This document shows positions 1 to 22,900 of a stretch of DNA of 64,000 bases, in pieces. The DNA is from Lytechinus pictus (taxonomy: Eukaryota). Below the pieces are notes generated by a model, which did not search any database, was not told the origin of the DNA, and saw only the letters and a list, made by a program, of their open reading frames with translations. The translations under genes were made by a program, and so were the position numbers. The DNA is taken from NCBI RefSeq assembly GCF_037042905.1, contig NC_087245.1, positions 17,858,001-17,922,000 of the forward strand, given 5' to 3'. Numbering within the stretch: the stretch's first letter is position 1; each line of letters starts with the position of its first letter.

Positions 1-395
1 TTAAATCAATAATTTGGCAACAGGATTTCAACTAAGAAATTGTTGTTTTCACATGCAAAATTTGAGCAAAAACATTAACTTGTTATATACAATTAATATT
101 AATCTCTTTATTATTTAGAATATATAGAATTCCAAAATAAAGAAAAACATAAATATTGCTGATTTGATTAATAAAAAGTGATCACAGAATGCTAAATATG
201 ATTCATTGTCATTAACAGGTTGGTATATGTAATACATATACACATTCTTGGGATGAGTAATAATATGGAATGCAGAAACAATAAGTTTGTTGTTTACCAC
301 TTTCGATTGTGCAAACACTACAGTGCAACACATTAAAAAAGATAAGAAAATTGCATACTTCTTAATATTATATGACAAAACACCATTTGTAAGTC

Positions 396-9849
<9,454 letters not shown>

Positions 9850-10340
9850 TTTCTTTAGAGTTCCTTTCGGAAAGAAAAAAGTACTATTATGGTGTCCTTC
9901 AATCTTAAATGAAAATGCAAAATGGCAATCGGGCATGTCGGGTGCGTGCGCGCTGACGATGAATGACAATGACAATGATTTGTTTTCTTTGACGGTCCCA
10001 GAAGGGGCATGGCAGTAAAATAACAAGTTATGACAATATAACAGATTTGCATTAGAAAAATAATAACAAAGGGGGAAGGAAACAACGTGCACCAATAAAC
10101 ACAGTTAACCACAATCAATTAAGAGCCAAACTATTATAATAATAATTGGCACAAAGTGATCGAGGCATCCATATACTCATAAGGAAACCTGAACAAAGAC
10201 AGTACACAACTACACATGCCCCTATGAGCACATGTGGGCACAATCCAGGGCCCTGGGAATGATTTTTAAATAGAGGTTGCTGTGGTTTGTTCAAGGGGTT
10301 GTTGTAAAAAAATGCTTGTCAACCAGGGGGCACCCCCAGT

Positions 10341-11830
10341 CAGGGGCGGATCCAACTTTCGCCAACAGGGGGGGGGGGGCCAAAAAAGTTTTTTTCACCC
10401 ATATTTTTCCCCTATCAGCCACTCGAAATTGATAATTGTTTGTTTCTTAGAAGGGTTTGTCCTTTATAGCTTTATTCTTTTAACACATCATAAATATATA
10501 ATACTCTCATTAGCCATGTTTAAATAGTGCGAGCGCGAAGCGTGAGCAGCTAAAATTTTTGGAAATTTCACATTTATTTTGTCCTGAAAATTGAACATTC
10601 TGGGCAATTTTTGTGATCCTGAACAAGATGCGTATGTAACTAAATAGTTTTAATATGCGTTCTAGCCTGATCGAAAAGGGGCCTGTTACGGACTAATTTG
10701 CAGTTAGCCATGAAGACAATACATATTTCAACAATCAAATAAAATCTTTTTAAAATCTTTTTGACGTTTTGACCTAAAAAATTGAATTCTAAACACTTTT
10801 TGTAATCATAAACAGGATAGGTATACTAAACAATTGAATCGAGCGCGAAGCGCGAGCTGAAAAAAAATGAGATTTTGACCTAAAAACGGGACACTCTATT
10901 CATGCTTTGTAAATCATGAAAATTGGGCAATTGGGTATCTTCCTACATACATTATGTGCGCGAGTAGAAAATTGTTGATATTCTGATCTGAAACTGGATA
11001 ACTTTAATTTTTTATTTTAAAGAACAAGCTGCGTATCTCAATAAACATGCATACGCTTGCTTATAATTTAGACCTAGAAACTTGGCATTCTAAATATATT
11101 TTTAATTATGAAAATCAATAACGCGAGCGTGAAGCGCGAGCTGAAAATGTTTGATATTCCGATCTGAAAACTGTGGTCAATTTACGCACTATTTCAAGCA
11201 CTGTGTAGGGAAATTGTGAATTCTAAGAATATTCATAATCATATTAAAATGATGACTATCATCCTATTCCTCTTCCTAAGCGCGAGATGAAAAATTTCGA
11301 TATTCCATTCTGAAAAAGGAACACTTTTATTATAGGAATTCTTTAAAATGTTATTATCTTATTTATCAAATTTAACAAGCCTAACAAGAGCGCAAAATTT
11401 GTAGATATCAAGGCCTGAAAACTGGACATTTTAAGCACTTTTTTATTGAATAGGATGCATGGGTAAATAAATTTTTGATAATAGATGCGAGCGCAAATCA
11501 CGAGCCGAAATTTTTCATTGATAAACTGTCATGAAAAGGGAAGGTATACATAACTCAATCAATATGCAAGAGCACAGCACTAGCTGATACGTTTTGACAA
11601 TCAGACCTGAAAAGGAGATATTATAAGAACTGTGAGCGCGCAGCGCGAGCTGAAAATGTTAATATTTAGACTGTAACACATAAGCACTTTTTTAGATTAA
11701 TTTGTGAATCAAACAAAATTTTGAAAGCTCGATGTCCTAGTTGAAATATGTTTTGTATATTGACTTAAAAACTTGATATTTTAAGCTCTATATCAGCCTC
11801 TTGAGCAAGATATGTATCATCGAACATTTT
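10341..11830 (+). mobile_element. hAT-like non-autonomous element of the GCGAGCGCGAAGCGCGAGC family, right end missing
   Basis: Left end CAGGGGCGGATCC; body collinear with the copies at 46716 and 52704. Confidence 0.7.
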
Positions 11831-12760
11831 GCGTACGGCCATGGCCCTTGAGAGGTTTTTCAAGTCCTTGTGACATTTCTCATAATTATCAAAGTTAACA
11901 AATATGCCTACATCTTAAGAACATTTGGTCTAACGAGATAATACCCTCTAATTAAAGTTTTCCTTTTATACCTACAGGAGCAGCTAGGACAATTATAAAC
12001 ACAGATACGTCACCTGGCTCCAGGGGCGGCGATCCTGGGGACGGGGGGCACAGTGCCCCCGCACTTTTTGAAGCACTGAAAAGTGCCCTATACGGCGTGG
12101 ATATAGAAATAGGATTTCTCGAGAAAAATTAGAAGACATTATGTAGGCCTATATCTGGAAGAGCTACGTTAGAATAGCCCGGTAGTATAGGCCTAATACA
12201 AAACTCAAGAAGGACTCAGGCCCGGAAATGTGTAATTTCATGGCGATTTCTATTTTTCCAGTGATATTGTTCTAAGTGTATTAATGAAATAATTAAGCGA
12301 ACTGGGGTTCTATAAGCCAATTATTGTGTATCGAATATCAGCTGAATATAGACTTTGCAGCAATGATGATCTGAGTGGTCATTTTCGGGGGTCATTTTGG
12401 AATGTCAAATAAGGGTGGCATACACGGCTGAAATAAAGCATGATAAAGTAATTCCATGCTGCCTCATTATGGTTTTCTTTTATTTTGTCTGATTACCAGC
12501 CCTAGCCCTTATCAGCCATGTTTTGGTTCGTTTCGCCCCCTCCCTCTCGTCCCTTTATTAATTTAACTGAACAAGATGTAAGTGATCCATTCGTGTATGA
12601 TCTATTTATGGCAGTGGCCTTATGACTCACGGGGGTTTCTCAATGGGGTATTCCCTTTATAGGCCGAGGATTAGCCTCCAATTAGCCTACTTTTGTCTTC
12701 ATCAACATTATTTTCTGCTTCGCCGAAGCTCTATAATCTACCTTGCCCCTGCGTGCTCCA

Positions 12761-13601
12761 GGGGTACTCCAGGCTGAAAATAATATGATTTGAACAGATT
12801 AAGAAAAATAAGACAAACAAAACAAAAATATTGATCAAATCGGACAAGGAATAACAAATTTATGGCATTCTAAAGACTTCTGTTATTCTGGTGAAATAGT
12901 TCTAGGCGTATCTTCATGAATATTCAATGAGCAAACTGATGATGTCATATTCCCACTTGTTCTTTAATTTGATTATATTATATGAAATTAGATTTATTCA
13001 AATTGTTTCCTTCATCAACATAAAAATATTGGAATAACAACTATTTAAGTGCATTAGACATTCACTGCTACAACTTATTTCATTACAAGGGAGACATATA
13101 ATTCGCACAATATATGAAAAAATGAAACAATTATGATTTCATGTAATAACATAAGAAAAAGGAAGTGAGTGCAAACTGTGGTGTTAAAACTGACACCAGT
13201 GGGTGTTAATAGAGGACCACACCCTCTGGTGTTAAAATTACATCCTAGAGATTGAATATAACACCAAAGAGTGTACATGTAACAACCAAAGGTGTTGCAA
13301 TAATACCTATAGGTGCTAAACTAACACTGTCAATTTAACACCGGTGTAAAATAACTGGTGTGGTCCCGATCTATGTACACCGGTTAACACCGCAGTTTTT
13401 GCTGTGTGGAGATGTGACATCATCAGCCCATCTAATGAATATTCATGACGACTTGCATATAACTGTTTCACAATATATTGCTAAAATTTGAAATTCAATA
13501 ACTTTGCTATTTGTCATCAAATTTTGATGAAAGGCAGCATTTCGCTCTGTGGATTTACTTAGTTATTTAGATATAAAAGTTTTCAGCCCGGAGCATCCCT
13601 C
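12761..13601. mobile_element. Kolobok-like foldback MITE with a nested insertion at ~13168-13406
   Basis: Ends AGGGGTACTCCAGGCTGAAAA / TTTTCAGCCCGGAGCATCCCT; homologous to the TTAA-flanked copy at 62740, which lacks the insert. Confidence 0.6.
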
Positions 13602-13917
13602 TACATGACTAATGTGTTTTCCGGAGAGTTTTCTCTATTAAGTTGTGGTGTTTACATTTAATCAGGCTATAAGTACGGTAAATATACTTTGAAGAAGATG
13701 ACTCCTGAAATAGAGTATATAGTTAGCTAATCATAAAAGTGACACTGGCGCATGCTTCCATCTCTTAAATTATTTCTTCGATCAGTCTGTCTTCGATTTC
13801 TGAGTCCTCTTTTTCTACTCTACATTTTTCATCACAAGAATAATTAATCCGAAAGAGGGAGCTACACACGATCAGTGGAAAAAATACAGAAATCTCAATT
13901 AAAAACAATAAATTAAC

Positions 13918-13935
13918 ATGGCAGATGACGTTGAG
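13918..13935 (+). CDS. RAB3GAP1: RAB3GAP1 exon 1 (MADDVE)
   Basis: AACATGG start context, GTAAGT donor. Confidence 0.85.
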
Positions 13936-16900
13936 GTAAGTGTTATTTACCGGAGAATCATATGGATCTAATCTTTACTTAATTGTAGATCTAGCTCATC
14001 GGTATTTATTAATGTATATTAAACATTGTTTTCTTCCCTTTAGGAATCCGAGGTCTTTGAAATAACAGATTTTACGACAGCTTCAGAATGGGAGAGGTAA
14101 GAAATGTTTACTTTACAGTCCCATGTACTTAGTTTTGCGTCATGCAACTGCCCGGGTCCCTGTAGCCAGGCGGCTTCTAGAGAGTAAAAATCATTTACTA
14201 ACGTAAGGTCACTCTCATGAAGCCAGGGCTTCCGTCATATACTTTTGTGTGTACCACCAAAAAACCTGAAACTTTCGCCCCCGAGATTTCTACTTTCTTT
14301 CTAAAAGATCTAGCCCTAATAACATGAATAAAGGCCTAAATCATGTACATGGGATAAAACTTCATTTCCGACATTTCTACGCTCTCGTTGTTATTTTTGA
14401 ACAAGAATTCATTAAAAAAATGAGAGAAATATTGTGTAAAGACGAAAGAGACTTGCCCGATGTTTACGCCGCCATCTTGTTTCCTATTGTTCTTCGCCAA
14501 CGTTACAGACGCAAAATGTCGGAAATGAAGTTTTATCCCATGTACATGATTTAGGGCTAGATCTTTTAGAAAGAAAGTAGAAATCTCGGGGGCGAAAGTT
14601 TCAGGTTTTTTGGTGGTACACACAAAAGTATATGACGGAAGCCCTGGCTTCATGAGAGTGACCTTACGTTAGTAAATGATTTTTACTCTCTAGAAGCCGC
14701 CTGGCTAGGTCCCTGCCTAGCTAGCCAGGAGGCTCCTAGAGAGTAAAAATCATTTACTAACGTATGCTTACTCTCCACGGAGCCAGGGATTCCATTGCAT
14801 TCATCTGTACCGCCAAAATACCTCAAACTTTCGCCCCTGAGATTTCTACTTTCCTTCTAAGCTAAGCCTAAGGCCAAGTAAAAAAAGAAAGTAGTTTCTC
14901 GTCCTCGCCCGCTTCCCTTTTTGATTGCAACATCAATTTTCTTGATATTTACTAATTTTATGGCTGCTGAATAGTGAAAAAAATTCACAAGATTGGCGAG
15001 CGATTTGCTCTTATTTGCTCTGGGATCTCTCTCGCAACTTCAAAAGCAATTGCAAAGTCCGATATCGCCGTGACTGCAAGAAAGAAAAAAAATCTGATTT
15101 GGTTTTTTATTGGAATTATGAAGATACCATCATAAATTAGCAAGAAAATAAAGTTTGCAAACTCGGAAAAGATCACGGATTTCTTCATTTTTGTCTCGCC
15201 TGCGTAGCGGAGCGAGACATAGGTATCACTATTTCCGGCGTCGTCGTCGTCAACAATTGTGTTGTACACCCAATAACTTTCTATAGCTTCGAGGTGGGAT
15301 CACCAAATTCATACCAGAGGTCCATCTCCTGAAGGCACAGGTCAAGTTCGAATATGAGTCGAAATGTGAATAAGGTCAAAGGTCAATGAACTTTCCATGA
15401 CTGGCACTGTGCTGTGTTGTACACACAATAACTTTCTATAGCTTCGAGTTGGGATCGCCAAATTCATACCAGAGGTCCATCTCCTGAAGGCACAGGTCAA
15501 GTTCGAATATGAGTCGAATTTGAATAAGGTCAAAGGTCAATTAACTTTCCATGACTGGCACTGTGCTATGTTGTACACATAATAACTTTCTATATCTTTG
15601 AGGTGGGATCACCAAATTCATACCAGAGGTCCATCTCCTGAAGGCACAGGTCAAGTTCGAATATGAGTCGAAATGTGAATAAGGTCAAAGGTCAATGAAC
15701 TTTCCATGACTGGCACTGTGCTGTGTTGTACACAAATAACTTTCTATAGCTTCGAGTTGGGATCGCCAAATTCATACCAGAGGTCAATCTTCTGAAGGCA
15801 CAGGTCAAGTTCGAATATTAGTCGAATGTGAATAAGGTCAAAGGTCAATGAACTTTCCATGACTGGCACTGTGCTGTGTTGTACACACAATAACTTCTAT
15901 AGCTTCGAGGTGAGATCGCCAAATTCATAACAGAGGTCCATCTCTTGAAGGTGCAGGTCAGGTTCGAATGTGAGTTGAATTTGATTAAGGTCAAAGGTCA
16001 ATGAACTTTCACACTACTTTGTTCCTCTAGTGACATGAACTTTTTTACACTAACATTTTACTTCAGAACTCAGTACTCTCTATACCTGAACCAGATTTTG
16101 TATTTTACTTGTTTATTCTTTAAAAACTGTTGTTATTTATTTCATGAGCTATAGTTCTTGGCACCATTTATAATATTCACACACATTTGCCAATGGTACA
16201 ATAGAAACGCTGTCAAAGCTTCTTAAATGTTACCCTTCAGATTTGACATGCAGTCTCTTCATGACTGCAATATGCAGGTGAGACAACGCTTGGCGTTTGC
16301 CTTGTTAGTGCATTTTCGGGGACCCCGCTTCCTGAATCGGAACTAATCCGTCGCATGCTTTGGAAATATGGTGCAGATAAATCAATTTTTAATGACGTAA
16401 TTTGTATTTCAGCGGGGTTTTTTGGTGAGTGATAGCGCATGTACTCCGATGTGTGTTACGGTGATTGACTGTGCTTGTGACTCTGTTGGGTGAATGCATG
16501 TGTGCTGGGATGATGACTGTGCTGGCGCGACATGTGAATTTGACAATTTGTGAAATGAATTGAATTTTCTGGCGAGTTTTCTAACGTCAGCAGGCAATGC
16601 ATTGAATATTCAAAAAATCATTTCTAGTGGGTTATTCATTATCAAGATTGAAAATCATTAATGGGATTCCAGTAAGTGCCAATTCTTCCTTGAGCTATTC
16701 AATTTGATGGACAATTGTAAAAATTAGTTAGTAAATAGATCTAACACTAACAGTTACAAATATTGAAATAATAAACATTATGTGAACAATTAACAATTAA
16801 TTCAATAATCATTTAACATTTGATATCAATTCAAAAAAATGAATAAAAATTGAACAGTATTAAACATTATGTAAATGAATATACAAGCAGCTGGAAACTG

Positions 16901-19900
16901 CGATGCGAAACCATGCCCAGAGCTAAACAAGAGATTGGCTCTGGAAAACTGAACATGGCTCCATGCCATGGTAATAAAAATGACCCCCCCCCCCCCCAAT
17001 GCATTTTTTACCCTTACATGTATATTAATATAGAATAATGTTTAAATCATTCACTTGACATGAACATTTTGTTTTACAACAATACAGTACCGGTATGCAT
17101 CAGTAATACATCAATAGATTTTTATCGCATAATACTTTTTCCATAGATTTCCAATCAATTGCATATATTATGCATATATATATATATATATATTTCTACT
17201 CATTTATTATTAATATTGAGCATGCATCGATCATATAATATAATTCGAGCTTGACATGGCCTGACAATCATTTGAATAAAAAATAGCAAAAAAAATAGTA
17301 AATAGTAAGGACCTCCCTCATCACTGATGTAAAAAACGGGCTGAGAAAATGCCTCCTTGTTTTAAAAAAAATAGTAAGATAGCAAATAGTAAGGCCCTCC
17401 CTCATCACTGCTCTCAAAAAACCTGGACGATCAACTACTATCTTTTTTTACTTGGCCTAAAAGATCTAGCCCTAAAATTTAATAAAAAGGCCTAATTCAT
17501 TGACATTGTATGTAATTGTAAATGGGATACAACTTCATTTCCGACATTTCTACGATATCGATTTCATTTTTAAACAAGAATTCATTTAAAAAATGAGAAA
17601 AATATTATGAAAAGACGGGGGAGACTTACCCGAATGTTTACGCCGCCATCTTGTTTCTCATTGTTGATCGCTAATGTTACAGACGCTGCGTCCGTAACGT
17701 TCAACAATGAGAAACTTGGTATTTTTTAGCTCCATTGAACACATTATTTTTATCTCATTTGTTGATTTGATTGATTAGATTCATATCTCGTTTGGAGCAA
17801 GTCATCCATGACTGGAGGCTTACATCTGCTCTGTTAGGACCCCCACTTAAAAAGGTAAATATTAACATCTCCATTTCTGAAATATGTAATTCTAGAATGT
17901 TTCATCCTGCTGCTCATTAAATCACAAAACATTAAACATGACTAGAGACATGTACTTGGGTTGTGATTCAGATTCTCAACCATTTTTATTATTTAAAAGA
18001 ACTTAAATCAGATTATTGTACTACATGTATTGAAATTCTTGTTAACAGGGATCTGAAAACAAAGTTTATAATTTGTCAATATTGACTGTTAAAGTGTTAA
18101 AGAGGAAATTTACTCCCACTATGTTAAAACATTAAAAAAATAATGAAATAAAATAAATGAAAAAATCCCTTCTAGCACAAAAACAGGCCACCAGTCACAT
18201 GTAAAGGTCATTTCATCCTAATTTCCAAATTAAATGATTAAATTTATTCATACAGTATTCTAATTTCCAGAATAAATACATGTCATGTATGTGTCAAGTA
18301 TACATGTTTTCATGTTTTGAAATATAGGCCTATAATGAAATGGGTTAAAGAGATAGTGTTTGATATTCATATGACAGTGTCAGCCCTGCTCCAATATTGA
18401 ATTGTGTAATGTAGGAGACACTGCTAGAGCCAATCAAATTGTTACATTATCTAGGAGTTGAAATGTAATGACTGAAAAGTGGAAACCTTGCTGACTGTCA
18501 CTCTTTTCACATAGGGTGAATTCACATCAGGCAAATGGGAGGAGAAATCCGAGAATATTTCCTTTGCAAACTTCCACTTCCTCATCAGCGAGCATCGGCT
18601 GAAGATGGAAGGGGAAGAGGATGAGGAGGAGGAATCTGAACAAGAGGATGATGGTAGCAAGCAGGAAGAAGAAGATGGTATGTTTGAAAACATATATTCC
18701 AAATGTACTTGTGAGTTTGAATAGTGGAAGAAATAATGATGATAATAATACAGTTCTTTTATAGTTCATATCACTCTCTGAACATCTGTATGTCGCAAAC
18801 TGATTGCACCTGGCAATTGGTCTATTTTGGAAGTCTTTGAAATCTCCAACATACCAGTAATCAGACATCAACTCTATAATTCTGAGAGTTATTTGCACTG
18901 GACTGTAGTGATGTAAATCTGCCTTGTAATCATAATGGGCGAAAGTCATAAAGGTGGTATTGAAACTTGGTTTATTCTATCTTTGTTTAAATCGGTGCAT
19001 GCACTGAGGAAGGTTGTATGATAAATTCACTGCAGGCTATGGATCGAGACCATGTCATGGTTTGTTGAAATTAATTTATGATTAGATTTTTCCTTCATTT
19101 TTCCCACTTAATAAGAAATTCTTCATAAACCAGGACTCCAGAACCATTTATTGATTACTACCCTTTATCAAAATCATTGTTAGCATTACATTATATACCA
19201 CGAATGATGATAAAGTCTTTCTGTTTGATAGATTTTTCTCATTATATTGTATAATTTTCCTTTCAGATAAGATTCCTCAGCCAATAGAAGACATGCTTTC
19301 ATCCGGCAATGATTTTCCTCCTAGAGCACACTGCCTTTGTAGATGGTAAGCTCATCTACTTAAAGTTTTATCAGATGTTATGTGTACCTATTACATCAGG
19401 GGCCCGTAACACAAAGGTTAGCGATTAATCGTACGCTCTATTTTCACTATTGATTGTACATTGTAGTCAATTGAATCAATCATAGAAAAATGTTCTACGA
19501 TCATTGCTAAGCTTTGTGTTACGGGCCACAGGGTTCCTAAAACTAGATGATTCCAAGCATCCAAACATCTTGGGTTAAAGACAAGAAAGTTATATGGTAA
19601 TTTGAGACTTGATGCCAGTGCTCATTAAAAGATTCCATTGGAATATCAATTATTGTTATTGTTTGTTTGTTTGCTATATGCCCATCAAATAAAGTTTGAA
19701 AGGGGTAAAAACATTTAGCAAATGGTTAGGCAGGTTGGTAGACAGGTGGTGATTGGTTAGAGGGACAGGTCATTGCAAATCTTGCGGATTGAATTTGGCA
19801 CACTCACACTGGTTTTCAAGGTCAAAATGGGTCTTCATTAAAAAAACAAAACAGGTGTGTTACAATTCGTGATATGACAATGGCAGAGGGATGAATTATT

Positions 19901-22900
19901 ACATCATGCTTTTGTAAATTCATCTTGTCTTCTTTTTCAGTTTGAAGACCCCACTTTGATGAAACATATTTAGCAGCTCATCATTGCCTTCAATAGATTC
20001 TGGCACTTTATATATCATGTGATTGCATTGTATTGGAGAAGAATTTACATAGGCTTTCAGCAGCCAGTTTTATCATGGCAATAGTCCTACCTACTGGCAT
20101 ATGATTAACTATTCTTGTCACAAGAAGAATAGTCTGAAGTAAAGTAACACAAAGCCAGTCCTTGTGAAGACCTTTTCTTGCATCAATGATGTACTATGAA
20201 TTGATTCACTTATTGCAGAGATGCCAACCCTCCCGATTTCATCGGGAGGCTCCCGAAAATTCATCCCAACTCCCGCCCTTACGATTACCATCCTTATCCT
20301 CCCGAAATTACGATTTTTTTTGCATTGATCAAATTGGATTGGAAGTACATGTATCGTCTGCTGACTTAAGCATGTAGTAACTCCATTACGTTTCGCTGCT
20401 ACTAAATTCTGTGTGAAAGGCAGACAAATAAGGAGCAGCGAAAAGCTGGTGCATGTGATATGCCCAACGGGAATCCACTGTGCACCAGGCCGGTAGGCCC
20501 GGCTAGCTTCGTGAGGCGTGTGCGCTCGCGGCCGCTGGATTTGTTGAGTCGTGCGATGGAATATCGGTGTGTGATTTCGGCGTATTGATGGGTTGATATT
20601 GACACGAAATGGCGGAAAATCAACAAAAAAAGACCAAGAAATGGTCTCGGAAGTATAAGACTGAATACAGTCTCCAGTACCCGTGTATTCGGAAGTCGGA
20701 AAGAGGAATCTACCATGCATTTTGCACAATTTGCAGCGTGGACATTAAAGTTGAGCACGGAGGTCGTGATGATATTCGGAAGCACGTAGGGAGCAAACGG
20801 CATACGGACATTGCGAAGACGAGATCTTCGAGCTCCACTAGTAGTAGTACCCTGTTGACTTATTTCACCAAGCGAGGAGGAAGACGTTACCCGCGCTTTA
20901 ATAATAATAAAGAGGATAATTCCTCATTATTATAGTTGAACAGGTACTTTTCTTCTATTGTCCCCTCATCTTTTTTTACATGTAAAATGCATAGGCTATT
21001 TGATATTTTTATTTTTATGTCAAAAAAGTGGGAACAATGTTTTTTTTAAAAACATGTGAAATGCTCCAAAATAAGGGTCAGATTGCACCAGAGAGCATCT
21101 AGAAACCCAGAGCTTCCAGGGCCCTAAGGCGGGCCCTCGACCCCGGCCGCAAGGGTCGAGCGCTCCGCGCTCGAGATGTGAGCTACGCGCACATAATTTG
21201 GTGTCGGTTGCAAATCCTCCCTAATTCTGATTTCCAAAAGTTGGCATCTCTGTTATTGATGATGCTTCTTGATTGTTCTTAAACCCTTATCCTTTTTAAT
21301 CCTTTTGAGAGTCCAGTCAATTTGACTAAAGGTAAAGTTGCTTTATGATCGATTGCAGTTATTTCTTTTAATACTTTGCTATTGTAAAAAATATGTGCCG
21401 AGACAAAAATGAACCTTCCATTCATGCACAAAAGAGTGAAGCAGAGTATCAGAACTTGGTAAAACCATCAAAAAGAAAAATGAGATTTCAAGAATTTAAG
21501 TGGCCATCCAGGATGTTTGCTCCTGATCAGATAAGAGTCTTTAGGGAGAGAAGTAGATAAGTCATGATCTGGAGTATCAGGAACATCTGACATAGTCTCA
21601 GGTTGAGATTCCATTGTGGGGCTACAGAGTACAAATCCTTGCAGAAAGGTATCCCTACCTTCTATTATAGATCCTGCTACAAATATGTCATTTGAACCAT
21701 CATTCTTGAGAGAAGTATTTGATTTACTTGAGCTTAGAGTTGCAAGTCAAGCGAGAAGGAGAAAGTTAATGCTGCCTGACCCGAGATGGGATAACCATCA
21801 CCACTAGTGCACATTGCCAAAATATGGAAACAAAATGTTTGCTTATAAATTCAATGGTAGTTCAGGTGACATTTTGCAGAAGACTACACTCCTTTATCAT
21901 TTGGTACAAAGTCAAGTCCTAAATATTCCTTAAGATATTGTGAGGAAGAATGGACTCTCATGCAATGCTTTGAGTGTCTATTACATCAGAGACCTTTTAG
22001 CCCCAACGCTTTGATTGGGGATCAGTCCACCCCACACACTTCCACAAGATGGAGGTGTTACAAGCACTACTTTTCAAGCTAATCCATGTCGGCAATTATG
22101 ACTTATTTTGTATAGCATGAATGACATCTGCAAAATCACTGCACGGTTGCATAGTTTCTTAAATCGTTCTTAAACAGGTCGTTCTGATATCTAGTTGTCT
22201 TCGGGTAATAGCGCAAATATCCCATTGATACCAAAGTTGTTCAGGAAATAGACAGTGTTCCTCTGTGGTTGACCTGTTTTTTAAAATTTAAGGTCGAGTC
22301 AAAGGGAGCTTGAATACCTGGTCAGGCTTGATTCATGGTGCTGTTGTCAATGTTATGAGCATCTGACATTCAGGTTTATGCAGGACTGCCCGAAGAAGCT
22401 TTATAGTACAGTACACATCTGTAAAAAACCTGTATTAACTCTTGAACTTCATAATGCCCTTAGAATGATAACAGTTGTCCAATGCCTAAAGATTCCCAAA
22501 AGCAGGGGATCATCTAGATGATAACTATTCCAACATGAAGTACTTTCTTTCAAGAAAGGAAGAATTTGATCTAATGAATGGGATCAAGGTGCACTATCAA
22601 GGTGCAGTGTGACAAGCGTTGTAATTTCTCATGTGCACTGAGTATATCTGAGTCAAACAGCTGGTATTATCTCCCTGGCTACATTGGTTTGTGAAAAGAT
22701 CATAGAAAAGGATAGTCTGTAACTCAAATGAGTATTTATTGTGGAAGCAGCCAAAGCAAGAAGACATTTCACAACTTTTTTTTTACCTGTTTCTCTGTTT
22801 CTTTAGGTATGGTTTGAGGCATTTTGTAGTCCTCTCACCCGCAGCAAACTCTGAGGCTATTCTGAGTGAGAGCAAGTGCAATCTCCTTTTAAGTTCTCTT

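Larger units (their letters stand above)
14722..17715. mobile_element. Second, diverged copy of the same MITE, split by a nested insertion and truncated
   Basis: 14722-14860 and 17461-17686 align consecutively to the copy at 14163. Confidence 0.8.

Noticed and set aside
9850..10095. N-terminal extension of TMEM41A implied by ORF 9739..10095
   Set aside because: Begins at a non-ATG codon and has no family resemblance; the ATG at 9849 gives the expected length, although an upstream in-frame ATG is not excluded.
14324..14653. Overlapping ORFs sharing LNHVHGIKLHFRHF and MSEMKFYPMYMI
   Set aside because: Mirror translations of the MITE inverted repeats.
15259..16010. 155-bp tandem repeats as an independent satellite
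   Set aside because: Bounded by HINE subTIRs, hairpin and microsatellite, so they are the central repeats of that element.
20118..20803. 203-aa and 133-aa minus-strand ORFs
   Set aside because: Antisense shadows over the GC-rich hAT element with no recognisable motifs.
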